Both the position numbers and the translations under genes were made by a program. This document shows positions 11,345 to 24,514 of a stretch of 64,000 nt of DNA, in pieces (positions within the stretch are counted from its first letter, which is position 1; each line of letters opens with the position of its first letter). The DNA is from Octopus vulgaris (Eukaryota): contig OX597831.1 in the NCBI GenBank assembly GCA_951406725.2, positions 48,608,001 to 48,672,000 on the forward strand, read 5' to 3'. The notes beneath the pieces are model-generated. The model was not told where the DNA came from, ran no database searches, and saw only the letters and a list, made by a program, of their open reading frames with translations.

Positions 11345-12039
11345 TACATAGACATGTGTGTGTGTGTGTGTGTGGTTAATGTAATCCATTGTATATAAGA
11401 TGATAAAACCTATGATCAAAGTCATTCCAGTTATGACCATCTCACTTTTTAGCTATTAGGGGCTACATCAACGGGTGTGTGTTTTTTTTCCACCATTTGT
11501 TATTGACAGAAGGATGTCTTTGAGGGTGATTTGGTTGCTATTTCTTTGTGATGAAATGAGCACTTAGATGTAGTCTCATTTCTTTTACACATGGCTATAA
11601 ATGTTCCTTACAGAATTGTTTTGACCACAAAATCTCACACACTCAAATATCTTCATTCACACTCACATTTATACACTCATAGTCTCTCAATCACACATGC
11701 ATATGCACACATACATATGCATGCACACTCAAACACACATACTCAGATGCTCTCACAGCCATTCATATTCTCACACACAATATAGAACTCACCCACTCAC
11801 CCTCACTCTCTCTGAAGTAATCTGACACTCACTCATTCATATTGTCATATTTGCATAATTCAGCACTCATCCATTCACACATGCTATTAAACATACATAC
11901 ATGCACAATCAACTGCACACACACACACGCACACACATCTGTGCATATACATGTACACATATATACGTACCCCATTCTCTGATTTTAATATTGTTCTGCA
12001 AAGTTTGCAAAGTCTTTTCTTATTGTCTGAACCTTTTAC

Positions 12040-12089
<50 letters not shown>

Positions 12090-13388
12090 ATGAGTGCTGA
12101 CAGCAACAGCAACAGCTTCGGCAGCAGCAGTAGAATACCAAAGCATAAATAGGAGATTATCAGCAACATCATCAACAGCAGCAAAGTTTAGCAGTAGAGG
12201 TAACTCTGTTGCAAATGATCATGCAACCGTGTCATCACTAACATTGACAATACCATTAGCAACATCATTATCATTATTAGAAATAGCAGCATTAGTGACA
12301 GCAACATTCCCAAGAGCGACGTTGCTATCATTAGCAACACCACTATCATCATTGGCAACAATTCAGTTAGCAACCACAACATCATGACCACTCAGCATCA
12401 TTGCCAACACCATTGACATTAGATTCTACCATCAACAGTATCATCGTTTTAATTAGCAACAAACACAATCATTAGCAATCTCCTTGTCCTCAACATGAGC
12501 ATCACCATCGTCATTAACAACAAAGTTATTAGCATCAATCATCATCATTAGCCTCAGCCATCATCATCAGCAGCAACCATCATCATTAGCAACAACCATC
12601 ATCATTAGCATCAACCCTCGTCATTAGCAACAACCATCATCATTAGTATTGGCCATCTTCATTAGCATTAATATCAGTATCATTATTAGAATTATCATCA
12701 CCGTTATCCTCTCCATTATCGCTAGCATCAGCCCGTCACCATTAACATCAGAATTATCATTAGCAACAACAGCGTTAGCATCCATAGCAACAGTAGTAGT
12801 AGCCAAAGCAGCATTAACGACAGAGTCAACTCTAACATCACCAGCAGCAGTATTAGCAATGGCAGTGGGAATAGTAGCAACACTAATAACAACAGCATTA
12901 GCAACATCGACAACATTAGCAATAGCAGTAGTATCAGCAGCAGCAATGGCAGTAGCATCAGCACCATTAGCAACAGGGACAACCCTATCCCACCCACTTC
13001 CATCGGCATCCTCAACAGCAGCAAAAGCAGCAGCAACTGTTACGGCAGCGGTAACAGCATCAGCAGCATTAGTCGCAGTGGCAACTCTAATAAGATCATC
13101 ATCATCATCATCATCATCATCATTGTCATCAGTATCACTAACAAGGGTATCAACATGAAAGCCGGAACACCAGCAGCATCAGCAGCAATAAATACAATAA
13201 GATCAACGTCATCATCATCATCATCCTCATCGTCGTCATCATCATCATCATCATCATCAGCAGCAGCAGTATTGGCGATAACACAGCAGCAACAGCGGCA
13301 ATAATAACAGTAACAACAGCAGCAGCAGCAGCAACAACAACTGCAGCAACAGCAATAGCAATAGCAACAGCAGCAGCAGCAGCAGTAG
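12040..13388. repeat. Low-complexity trinucleotide region (GTT, CAG/CAA/CAT)
   Basis: Degenerate (CAN)n with frequent in-frame TAG stops. Confidence 0.85.
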
Positions 13389-13389
13389 T

Positions 13390-13713
13390 TCCGAATCGGT
13401 ATATCAGTTCATACATTCAGTCGTTCAATAATACTTGACGGGAAAGTTCCTTGCAAGAAAGGAAAAGTATCAAAAGAACAAACAAACAAAACAAAAAGCA
13501 GAACAAAACTAATAATAATAATAATAGTTACAATAACAACAACAACGACAATAGCAAAGTGAACAAACACAACAAAACAAAACACAATAAAAAAAACAAA
13601 CATATATATAAAGTGCAAATCTTTTTTCCAACTGACAACAATTCTATTTTATTATTTTTTTTTTGGTGTGTGGTGAGTCACTTACACACAGAAGCATAAG
13701 ACTGCAGCCAGGG
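13390..13713 (+). promoter_or_regulatory. Putative promoter/5'UTR upstream of the exon
   Basis: Initiator-like ATCAGTT and TTCAGTC at ~13402-13421. A-rich leader. AP-1-type palindrome GTGAGTCAC at ~13674-13682. Possible alternative acceptor AGs at ~13691 and ~13707. Confidence 0.3.
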
Positions 13714-13850
13714 ATGGATCGTATATCCGTATCTCGCTTCTCGTTCCGACGGAAAGGAAGTTTCCGAAAAGATAAAGAACGAGAGAAGGAAAAAGAAAAA
13801 GAAAACGAAGCGTTGTCAGAGTTTAATTTCTCTACTCTGTCTTATGTCAG
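13714..13850 (+). CDS. Probable coding exon (possibly the first) of an unidentified host gene; [45 protein letters not shown](R/S)
   Basis: Non-repetitive, relatively CpG-rich segment. ATG at 13714 in the context GGGATGG. The frame is open to a CAG|GTAGGT donor at 13850/13851 (phase 2). The peptide is basic/charged with RRxS-like motifs. No downstream exon was identified, so the product is unknown. Confidence 0.6.
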
Positions 13851-13892
13851 GTAGGTGAATAAATAACATTCATGTATATATGTATATATATC

Positions 13893-13933
<41 letters not shown>

Positions 13934-13942
13934 GTATATATG

Positions 13943-14043
<101 letters not shown>

Positions 14044-14689
14044 ATGAATACGTATACATACACACATGCACACATACACACACACATATATATGTATGTA
14101 TACATTGGGTATGTATGTATAATGAAAAACACAAGCATTGCTTGAAGCAACAAGAATAACAACAAAATACCTGGGGTGGTGGTGGTGGTGGCGGTGGTGG
14201 GTTTTTTGCCGGTGGGTTTTTTTGGTAGTGGAGGCAGTGTGACAAATTCAGTTTTAAAATTTTAAATGTGTTTACTTAAGTATCACTAAAAAAACAAATA
14301 AAATATATAAAGATATAAATATTCTTCTGCTCATGTAACGAGCAACACCTGTATTATTAGTTTGGTAAATTTTTTTTTTGTTATATCTATAATAAAAGGA
14401 AATTATTACTCTACCCTTAAAAAGTATGTATTTTCTTTGTGAAAGTATTTGTGTGTGTGTATGTGTTGTTTGTCTGTGTATGTGCATGTGTGTACATGTA
14501 TACATACACATGTGCACATGCATCCATCTATATACATACAAGTATATATAGAGGTACTCATATATATATACACACGCACATTTGTGCACATATTTTTACC
14601 TGTCTGTGTGCTTATCTATATACATATACATGAGTGTATGCATGTTTTATATATATATATATATATATTTGTCTGTGAATATATATATA

Positions 14690-14723
<34 letters not shown>

Positions 14724-14783
14724 CATGTATGTAGACATATCTGTAAATATATATATATACACACACACACACATTATATATGA

Positions 14784-14838
<55 letters not shown>

Positions 14839-15280
14839 TGCAAGTTAGTTAATTTACTTTTTAAGTAGACATCTAAAGACCACTTTTTTTTTTTTTATAT
14901 GGTATGAAACTTTAAAGTAATACAGTATTCATTGCTTTTAACTATTATATTATAACAAGTATTTGCTCTATGTTATGTATTGAGTACACTCTACTTTGTT
15001 CTTGAAATAACTTTGTGATACTACTTACAAACAGTCTGTGTTTGTGTGAAAGTCTGAATGTGTGTGTCTACAGGAATGGCTTTGCAGAGAAGATGTTCTC
15101 CTTGCAGCACCATGGATCTGGGTTCAATACCATTGTCAAACACCTTGTACATGCGTTTTCTGTAATAACCTCATGCTAATCACAAATTTGCAAGTGGAGC
15201 TTGTTAGATGGCCCCTATCCTTATGCCTATTATGTGTGTGTGTGTGTGTGTGTACGTGCATGTGTGAGTATGTGCATGCA

Positions 15281-15329
<49 letters not shown>

Positions 15330-15736
15330 CAGAGTATGTGCATGCATGTGTGTGTGTGTACATATGTATGTAATATATATAATTATATATATATATATGC
15401 AGATATGTGTCTATATTTATTTTGTTTTTGTATTTGGTCAAAACTATTGTAAAGGTTGCAAGATGCAACGAAAATTTTAGAAAAATAAAAAAAAATTTTA
15501 AATAAATAAGTGGAAATTTTACCGGCGAGTGTATTAAATTATAAGGCACCAAAGGAGAATGACTCTCCGCAGACACAACAGAATACGTATATTTATATAT
15601 ATATATATATATAAATGCACCAATACACATACATAAGCACAAACACACACACATACATACACACACTCACACAAATCCATCTATATACATACAAGTATAT
15701 GTGTGTGTGTATATATATATATATATTTATAATAAA

Positions 15737-15958
15737 TATGAGTGGATGCTGAGAAGTTCCTATCTTCAATTGTATCGCAAAAGAGCCTTGTTGGAGGCCT
15801 GACCTTCCAAGTTCTTTTAGAGGGCTTAAAGTAACTGAAGGACCTCTGAAATAAGTGCGTGAGTCTAAGAGGGGAATATGTTGAGTAAAGTCATAATTAA
15901 CTCTTCCGTCTGTATTTTCTTTTTCCAAAGCCAAGAACTTTTCAGCAGCCCCTCATTA
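15737..15958 (+). mobile_element. Mariner-derived MITE (TIR ~TAYGAGGGGTGCTGAAAAGTTCCTGG)
   Basis: Terminal inverted repeats with TA ends. Internal K.VSLRGEYVE* matches the mariner C-terminus. A reverse copy lies at 38023-38243. Confidence 0.8.
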
Positions 15959-16427
15959 ATAAATGTGTATATATATATATATATATATAATTGCAAGTAT
16001 GTATGTATATTTACATGTAGGTAAATGTACACACGTATACATACATTCCCAAACATATATATCTATACAAATATGCATGTGGGTGTGTGTGGGTGTGCGT
16101 GTGTGTGTGTGTGTGTGTGTGTATGAGGATTTGTGCTTGCACTTGTCTGAGACCTGCTGTTGTTGTTTATGTTGTGTCTACTCATGGTCTTTAAAGTAGC
16201 ACCTGATGTATAAAGATCAATAAAATATGCATTAGCCCAAAATAATCGTTGAGGTTGATATGTTTCACAAAATCCTTAAACCCAATGCTCCAGCATGACC
16301 ACAATCCAATCAACGAAACCAGTAAAAGAATGTATGGAAGTATATGCGTGTGTGTGTATGTGTAAGTGTGTGGGTATGTGTGTACGTGTGTATACAGAAA
16401 GGCAAAGAGTAGATATATATATATATA

Positions 16428-16652
16428 TCTCTTTTACTCTTTACTCTTTTACTTGTTTCAGTCATTTGACTGCGGCCATGCTGGAGCACCGCCTTTTGTC
16501 GAGAAAAATCGATCCCAGGACTTATTCTTTGTAAGCCTAGTACTTATTCTATCAGTCTCTTTTGCCGAACCGCTAAGTTATGGGGGACGTAAACACACCA
16601 GCATCGGTTGTCAAGCGATGTTCGGGGAACAAATACAGACACACAAACATAT

Positions 16653-16683
<31 letters not shown>

Positions 16684-16856
16684 CATACATGCGACAGGCT
16701 TCTTTCATTTTCCATCTACCAAATCCACTCACAAGGCTTTGGTCAGCCCAAGGCTATAGTAGAAGACACTTGCCCAAGATGCCACACAATGGGACTGAAC
16801 CCGGAACCATGCACTTCATAAGCAAGCTACTTACCACACAGCCACTTCTACGCCTA
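16428..16856 (-). mobile_element. SINE family B, full length
   Basis: Similar to other copies. Confidence 0.9.
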
Positions 16857-16863
16857 TATATGT

Positions 16864-16912
<49 letters not shown>

Positions 16913-16918
16913 TATATA

Positions 16919-16978
<60 letters not shown>

Positions 16979-17121
16979 TATGCATATATATGTTTATGTG
17001 CTTATGTGTGTTTGTGTGTCTTTGTGTATACATATAGTTATATATGAGTTTTTCATTATTTGAGTTTTTATCCAAGGCAAAAGTAGGTTCTTAATCTAGT
17101 ACCTACATACATGCTTACACA

Positions 17122-17160
<39 letters not shown>

Positions 17161-18154
17161 ACGTGCACGTACATGCACCCATACAAACACACACAAATAT
17201 ATATTAATATGCATATATAAATACACACAGACATATATATGTATGTATACACACATACACACACACATACATATATATGTACATATACATATGCACGTAT
17301 CTATCTCTATTTTGTATGTGGGTGTGTAAAAGTGTGTGGGAGTGTATGCATGTGTACGTGTGTCTGTGTGTATGTGTACACATGTATATGTGACATAATG
17401 TAACAGTAGTGAAATTCATCAATAATATATTTCACATATACACATATACAAATTTTATACAAATTTTATCTAATATAGAACTCAATACGCTGTGTAGAGC
17501 GAACAGATACATTTTTATTATATCCAAGTTGGCAGACTACTCTTATCTTGACTTTTCATATATTGTGGAGCAAGAGAGCAATCTGGTATTTGTGTAGAGT
17601 TTTCTTAACACATAAAGCATGACAGGCTACAATTGTGGCCGTGAGGCACAAGTCGACAGGCCACAATCATGGCCAGATAGATGCATTTAATTTATAGGCG
17701 TTTGTTGGGGTCTAGTATCACTCAAACACTCTGATATACCCCAGAATGCAAGACGACTAATAGTTCATTTAATGACTTTTCAGATTATGTAAAACTTGCC
17801 ACCATTATATAATAAAAAGATATTTTAACTATTTTTTGGTTTTTTATGTGTGCATCATAGTCTCTTTCTCATAAAATGTACTCAGCAATCCATGCTGTGT
17901 AAATGCAAATCCCAGCACTTTATGGGTTAAAGTTACTGTGTTAGGGTGGATAGAGTGTGAACTATGTGAGGAAATGGAGATCTTATTTGCCATTTTTGTT
18001 TGTTTTTTTTGTCATGTATTGAAATAAATTGTTCCAATATAATTGCATGCTTTCCACTATTGAATTTTATTTCGATGTGGTAGGACTGAGGACTATAGGT
18101 CTTTGGTGAGGCTAGGGATCCAAAATTCAGTTTATGGTCTCCTAACAGATTTTT

Positions 18155-18580
18155 TACTTGTTTCAGTTATTAGAAAATTTTGCTCTTTAAGTCGAACAAA
18201 TTGACCCTGGTTTTCATTTTTTTTTGTTAAGCCTGGTATTTATTCTATTAGTCTATTTTGCTGAACTGCTAAGTTACAGAGACTTAAACACACCAACACC
18301 TGTTGTGAAGTGGTGGTGGACAAACACAAACACAAAGATACACACACAAGCACATATATATACATCATCTTTTCTTTTCTACTCTAGACACAAGGCCTGA
18401 AATTTTTGGGGAAGGGGCCAGTCAATTAGATTGATGCCATTATGCAACTGGTACTTAATCTATCGACCTTTAAAGGATAAAAGGCAAAGTGACCTTGGAA
18501 GAATTTGAACTCAGAACACAAAGACAGACAAAATACTGCTATGCATTTCACCCCGTGTGCTAACGTTTTGCCAGCTTGGC
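18155..18580 (-). mobile_element. SINE B 3' part (18155-18365) plus SINE A (18372-18580)
   Basis: Similar to other copies of each family. Confidence 0.7.
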
Positions 18581-18607
18581 TTATATATATATATATATAA
18601 TCATCAT

Positions 18608-18879
18608 CATTTAATGTCCGTGCTAGCATGGATTGGATGGTTTGACCAGGGCTGGAAAGCTGAGGAGCTGCACCAGACTCCAGTCTGATTTGGATGAATT
18701 CTACAACTGGATGCCCTTCCTAATACGAACCAATGAGCTTCTTTCAGTTTCTGCCTACCAAATACACCCACAAATCTTTGGTCGGCTGAGGCTGTAGTAG
18801 AAGGTTTCATGCAGTGGGACTGAACCCAGAACCAAGTGGTTGAGAAGCAAACTTCTTGCCACACAGCCACGCCTGCACC
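18608..18879 (-). mobile_element. Chimeric SINE: family B head plus RTE 3' tail
   Basis: Reverse complement of 23496-23775, with the same junction and the same internal deletion. Confidence 0.8.
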
Positions 18880-19074
18880 TATATTTATATCATATCTAAA
18901 TTTGAGTTGTTGTTGGTCTCATCTCCTCTTCCTGTTGGGGTACCTGTTTATCTCCTCTACAGCAAAGTACTTTCTTTTAAGCCTTTTACATCTCTACACC
19001 CAGCACAAAGCCACCTCCCTCAATACTGTCCTTTCACTCTGGGAAAGGGTCTTGTCTTTTAAGTTACTTAATGA

Positions 19075-19285
19075 CCTCACAAGAGCTGGTGGCATGAAAG
19101 AAGCAATCAGTATGCTTTGTAAAATGGTTGGCATTAGGATGGGGCATCCAGCTATAGAAACCTTGCCAAAACAGACACTGGAGATAACCACAGCTTTCAG
19201 GATCTGACTCAGGTGAGTCAGATCCTATTTAATCACCCAATCCATGCTAGCATGGAACATGGATGTTAAATAAAGATAATGATGC
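19075..19285 (+). mobile_element. RTE 3'-end repeat (family C)
   Basis: GGTTGGCATTAGGA..GGGCATCCAGCTATAGAAAC motif and a GAT tail. Confidence 0.7.
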
Positions 19286-19309
19286 TGTATGTATGTATGT
19301 ATGTATGTG

Positions 19310-19615
19310 AAGGCTCATGGCTCAACAGTTAGAACATCAGGCACACAATCATGAGGTACTCAGTTTGATTCTCGGACCAGGCTGTGAGTTGTGTTCTTGA
19401 GCAAGACACTTTATTTCACATTGCTCCAGTCACTCAGCTGTAGAAATGAGTTGCGATGCCTTTCCTTTGGATAACATCGCTGGCATTGTGAGGAGAGGCC
19501 GGTATGCACGAATGACTTCCATAAACAACCTTGCTTGGATATGTGCCTCGAAGGGTAAAAAACTTTTTAGGGGCAATCTCATGGTCACTCATGACCAAGG
19601 AGGGTATTTATCCTT
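19310..19615 (+). mobile_element. SINE family F (tRNA head; GTGTTCTTGAGCAAGACACTTTATTTCAC body)
   Basis: Related copies at 49963-50295 (+), 57560-57880 (-) and 24270-24400 (-). Confidence 0.8.
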
Positions 19616-19842
19616 TATGTATGTATGTATGTATGTATGTATGTATGTATGTATGTATGTATGTATGTATGTATGTATGTATGTGTATCCATCAAATGAA
19701 ATACCTGTCTGTTTCGTAGGTAGAAAATTCTGTTAATGTTAACAGGTTAACTTTGCAATGTAATTTGCTTAGATTATAAGAAAGCTTCTGGATAAACAAT
19801 ATATGGAATATCAGACTTAGTAGCCATGTTTACTTAGTTATT

Positions 19843-20224
19843 TGTGTGTGTGTGTGTGCATGCACGTGTTCATGTGTGAGTGTGTGTGTCTGTCTGTCTG
19901 TGCATGTGTGTGAGTGTGTGTGTGTGCATGTATGAGTGTGTGTGTGGGGGGGGGCGTGAGTGTGTGTGTCCATCTGTCTGTGAGTCTGTCTGTTTGTGTG
20001 TGCATGTGTGAGTGTGTGTGTGTCTGTCTGTCTGTGTGTCTCTGTATGTGCGTGTATGAGTGTGTGTGTGTCTATCTGTCTGTCTGTCTGTCTATGAGAG
20101 TGTGTGTGTGCATGTGTGAGTGTGCGTGTGTCTGTCTGTGTGTCTGTCAGTTTGTGTGTGCCTGTATGAGTGTGCATGTGTGTGTGTACATCTGTGTGTG
20201 TGCATGTGTGTGTGTGTGTGTACA

Positions 20225-20279
<55 letters not shown>

Positions 20280-20290
20280 ACACGCATACA
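19843..20290. repeat. Complex (TG)n/(TCTG)n microsatellite
   Basis: Direct observation. Confidence 0.9.
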
Positions 20291-21001
20291 TACATGTATT
20301 TATTAGAAAGACTCAGATTTCTGCTTTAAATAGCAGATTACAACTTTGCAAACATTTAAGAGTAAAAATTAACTAATGCAGCATTTTGAAGTCCATTTCT
20401 CCTTTTAACTGTAAAACCCCAAATTTAGACTCTAAATTTTAAATCCTAATTTCCAGAAGCTATTCTTACCCTGTAGTCACTGACCCCACCAAACACTCAC
20501 TTTACAGGGTTGTTTTTTTTTTAGGAGTTCTTTTTCTTTCTAGAATCGTATTCTTGAATATTTGAAATAAAAGTAAAATCTACAAACAGACCAACTCAGA
20601 AATGAAAATGTATTATGCAGAGTTGTGTACTCCTCAAAAGAGGAAGTGAAGAATAAAAGAAACCAAAATTTTGAAAAACATTCTATGTGCAGAATATCAT
20701 AATCTCCAAGACTTAAAACCTAGAAATCCAAAGAAAGTTTTCTTTGTTTTTTATTGGGAAGCATGCTTCTTGCCACACAGCCAAGCTTGCGCTTATATTT
20801 ATATTATATTTAAATTTGCAGTGTTGTTGATCTCATCTCATTTTCCTGTTGGGGTGCCTGTTTATCTCCTCTAGAGCGAAGCATTTCTATTTTTAAAAAA
20901 TAAATGATAATTAAATACATCAATAAATGCTGCAGTGGATGCTAAGTTCCAAACTTACTGAAGGTAGTTCTTCACAACTTCTTTGGTATGAGAAAGAGTT
21001 C

Positions 21002-21420
21002 TTACTCTTTTTACTCTTTTACGTGTTTCAGTCATTTGACTGTGGCCATGCTGGAGCACTACTTTTAGTCCAGCAAATCAATCCCACGACTTATTCTTTG
21101 TAAGCCTAGCACTTATTCTATCGTTCTCTTTTGCTGAATTGAACTGCTAAGTTATGGGGACATAAACACATCAGCATCGGTTGTCAAGTGATGTTGGGGG
21201 GACAAACACATATACACAAACATATACACACACACATACATATATATTTACATATATATGATGGGCTTCTTTCAGTTTCCATCTACCAAATCCACCCACA
21301 AGACTTTGGTCAGCCCGACGCTATAGTAGAAGACACTTGCCCAAGGTGCCATGCAATGGGACTGAACCCAGAACCATGTGTTTGGTAAGCAAGCTACTTA
21401 CCACACAGTCACTCCTGCAC
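21002..21420 (-). mobile_element. SINE family B
   Basis: Full-length similarity to other copies. Confidence 0.88.
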
Positions 21421-21716
21421 TATTTCATTACCATGCAGCTGTTGATTCCTTGTAATGTTAATCCACTGGATAATTTGGTTGCTGTGAGTACATGCATGTG
21501 TGTGTGAGAGAGAGAGAAATGCAGAGAGAGAATAAATTAGTAAGCTGATACAAGTATAATAGGCTTGATATTATTCTATGAGACAGGAAATAAGAACCAT
21601 TCAATGTTTTGGAGGTCAGAGGTCTCCAGTAGATGCAAATGTCTCAAGTAAAATTGGAGGAAAGGAGAGTATTTCTAAGATTCTAATGAAAAGCCTACAG
21701 CTAATGAAAAGCCTAT

Positions 21717-22137
21717 AGGCGCAGGAGTGGCTGTGTGGTAAGTAGCTTGCTAACCAACCACATGGTTCCGGGTTCAGTCCCACTGTGTGGCACCTTGGGC
21801 AAGTGTCTTCTGCTATAGCCCCGGGCCGACCAATGCCTTGTGAGTGGATTTGGTAGACGGAAACTGAAAGAAGCCCGTCGTGTATATGTATATATATATG
21901 TGTGTGCGTGTATGTTTATGTGTCTGTGTTTGTCCCCTAGCATTGCTTGACAACCGATGCTGGTGTGCTTACGTCCCCGTTACTTAGCGGTTCGGCAAAA
22001 GAGACTGATAGAATAAGTACTGGGCTTACAAAAGAATAAAGTCCCGGGGCCGAGTTGCTCGATTAAAGGCGGTGCTCCAGCATGGCCGCAGTCAAATGAC
22101 TGAAACAAGTAAAAGAGTAAAGAGAGAGTAAAGAGTA
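21717..22137 (+). mobile_element. SINE family B, young
   Basis: Retains CpGs and has a (GTAAAAGA)n tail. Confidence 0.9.
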
Positions 22138-22217
22138 GCTCATATATCATTGCTATAGACTTTTGTGCATACCAACCATCATAGGGTCACTGGACTAGTT
22201 AATAAAAGATTTGTGTA

Positions 22218-22420
22218 TATGAATGGGTGCTGAAAAATTCCTGGTTTTAAGGGTGTTGTGAAAGGCCTAGTTGGAGGCCCAACATTCCAAGTTCTTCTAC
22301 AGAGCTTAGAAAAACTTATTGCAGCAGTCTTTCAGTTTTTCTAAGAACTTAGAAGGTTGGGCCTCCAACCAGGCATTTCATGATACCCCTAAAACCAGGA
22401 ATTCTTCAGCACCCCTCGTA
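22218..22420. mobile_element. Palindromic derivative of the 15737/38023 mariner MITE
   Basis: Both halves derive from the same MITE end (…GTTGGAGGCCCAAC… / …GTTGGGCCTCCAAC…), with TIRs and TA ends. Confidence 0.8.
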
Positions 22421-23495
22421 CACAACTCATTTCTTTTTAGCCAACCACATTGTCTCAAACATATGACATCATTGATTCTACATTTTCACAAATGTGCATT
22501 ATATGTGTGTGAGTTGGTATATGACCAATACAGATTGTGTATAAATGAGTCTGTCAGAATGAGACAGTGTATGTGTGTATGCTTGTATTGATCTATCCAA
22601 CTTCTATTTGGAAGAAGCTTCCATCCTAACCACATAGTTCTAGGTTCAGTCCCACTGTGTGACACCTTGGGTAAGTGTCTTTTACTATAGCCTTGGGTCA
22701 ACTAAAGCCTTGTGAGCAGATTTAGTAGACGGAAACTAAAAGAAGCCCACTGTGTATATACATATATATATATACATGAAAAAAATATTCGAGCAAGGTC
22801 CTTGCCAGTGCCGCTGGACTGGCTCCTATGCAGGTGGCACGTAAAAAGCACCATTTGAGCATGGCCATTGCGAGTACAGCTTGACTGATACATACAGTAT
22901 TTTTGTCTTTTTTTGTTTCAGTCATTGGACTGTGGCTATGCTGGGGTGCCCGTTTTGAAGGGTTTTAGCTAAACAGATCAACCTAGTACTTATTTTCAAG
23001 CCTGCACTTGTTTTATCAATCTCTTTTTGCCAAACTTCCAGGATATGATGATGTAAGCAGACCGACACCAATTAGAACAAAAACACAGACACAAAGACAC
23101 ACACACATATGCACATACACACACACACATTCACACACATATACATAAACATAATTACACACACACACATACACACATATATATACATAAACATAATTAC
23201 ACACACATGTGCGCATGCACATCATCATCATCTCCATCATCACTATAATTATCATCATCATCATCATCGCCAGCATCATCATTGCCATCATCATCATCAT
23301 CATCGCCATCATCATCATTACCATCATCATTATTCAACATCTGATTTCCATGCTGGCATAGGCTGGACAGTTTGACCAGAGCTGGCAAGCAGGAAAGCAG
23401 CCATAAGTTTCAGTCTGATTTGGCAAGGCTTCTACAGCTGGAAGCCCTTCCTAATATCAACCACTTTACAGAATGTGTTGGGTGATGTCTACATT

Positions 23496-23775
23496 GGTGC
23501 AGGTGTGGATGTGTGGCAAGAAGCTTGCTTCTCAACCACTTGGTTCTGGGTTCAGTCCCACTGCATGGAACCTTCTACTATGGCCTCAGCCGACCAAAGA
23601 CTTGTGGATGTATTTGGTAGGCAGAAACTGAAAGAAGCTCATTAGTTCGTATTAAGAAGGGCATCCAGTTGTAGAATTCATGCCAAATTAGACTGGAGTT
23701 TGGTGCAGCACCTCAGCTTTCCAGCCCTGGTCAAATCGTCCAACCCACACTAGCATGGACAATGGACATTAAATG
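23496..23775 (+). mobile_element. Chimeric SINE (B head plus RTE tail) nested in a family C copy
   Basis: Matches 18608-18879. ATGTCTACA occurs at both ends (TSD-like). Confidence 0.8.
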
Positions 23776-24450
23776 TCTACAGCTCAGGCACTTTTACATG
23801 TTTTTCAATTGCTGTATATATGCACTTCAAAGCTGAAACCATCTCACAACAATCTTCATACTCTCCCGCCTTAGTTATTATATTTATTTTCGTTTTGGCT
23901 TTTTCTTGTTCAGAAAATGGCAATAAAATATTTGTAATGTATTGCTGTTAGAAAGAAGAAAATTCTTATTTTGAGGTCACATGAGATTATACATAACATG
24001 GTGTGTGTGTGCGTGTGTGTATGAGTGTGCATGTGTGTGTGTGTGTTTGTGTATGCATAAATGTGTGTATATATATCTACATACACACAGCTACATATGT
24101 ATGTATACATCATGGACTCTCCCATCATTAGATGAAATAGGAGGGTTCTGCAATTTCTTGCTGAACAACGACACAGATAATATATTTATAGTGATCAAAT
24201 GTTTGTGTGTAGACATAAGCTCACTCCCTCCATCAAATCAATATATACATGTCACATGTCAGATGACGAAACGATTGTAGAGCAACATGAAATGAAGTGC
24301 TTTGCTTAAGAATACTATGCAAGGCCTGGTCTGGAAATCAAACCCACAATCTCACAATTGGGTGCGCAACACCCTAACCACTAAGCCATGCACCTTCACA
24401 AAGTACCTACATACATACATACGTATACACACACACATGCATCTATATAC

Positions 24451-24504
<54 letters not shown>

Positions 24505-24514
24505 CTGGCAGTCA

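Noticed and set aside
12649-13158. 169-aa Ala/Thr/Ser-rich ORF and neighbouring ORFs
   Set aside because: Translation of degenerate (CAN)n repeats. There is no domain or splice support, and the Gln frame is full of stops.
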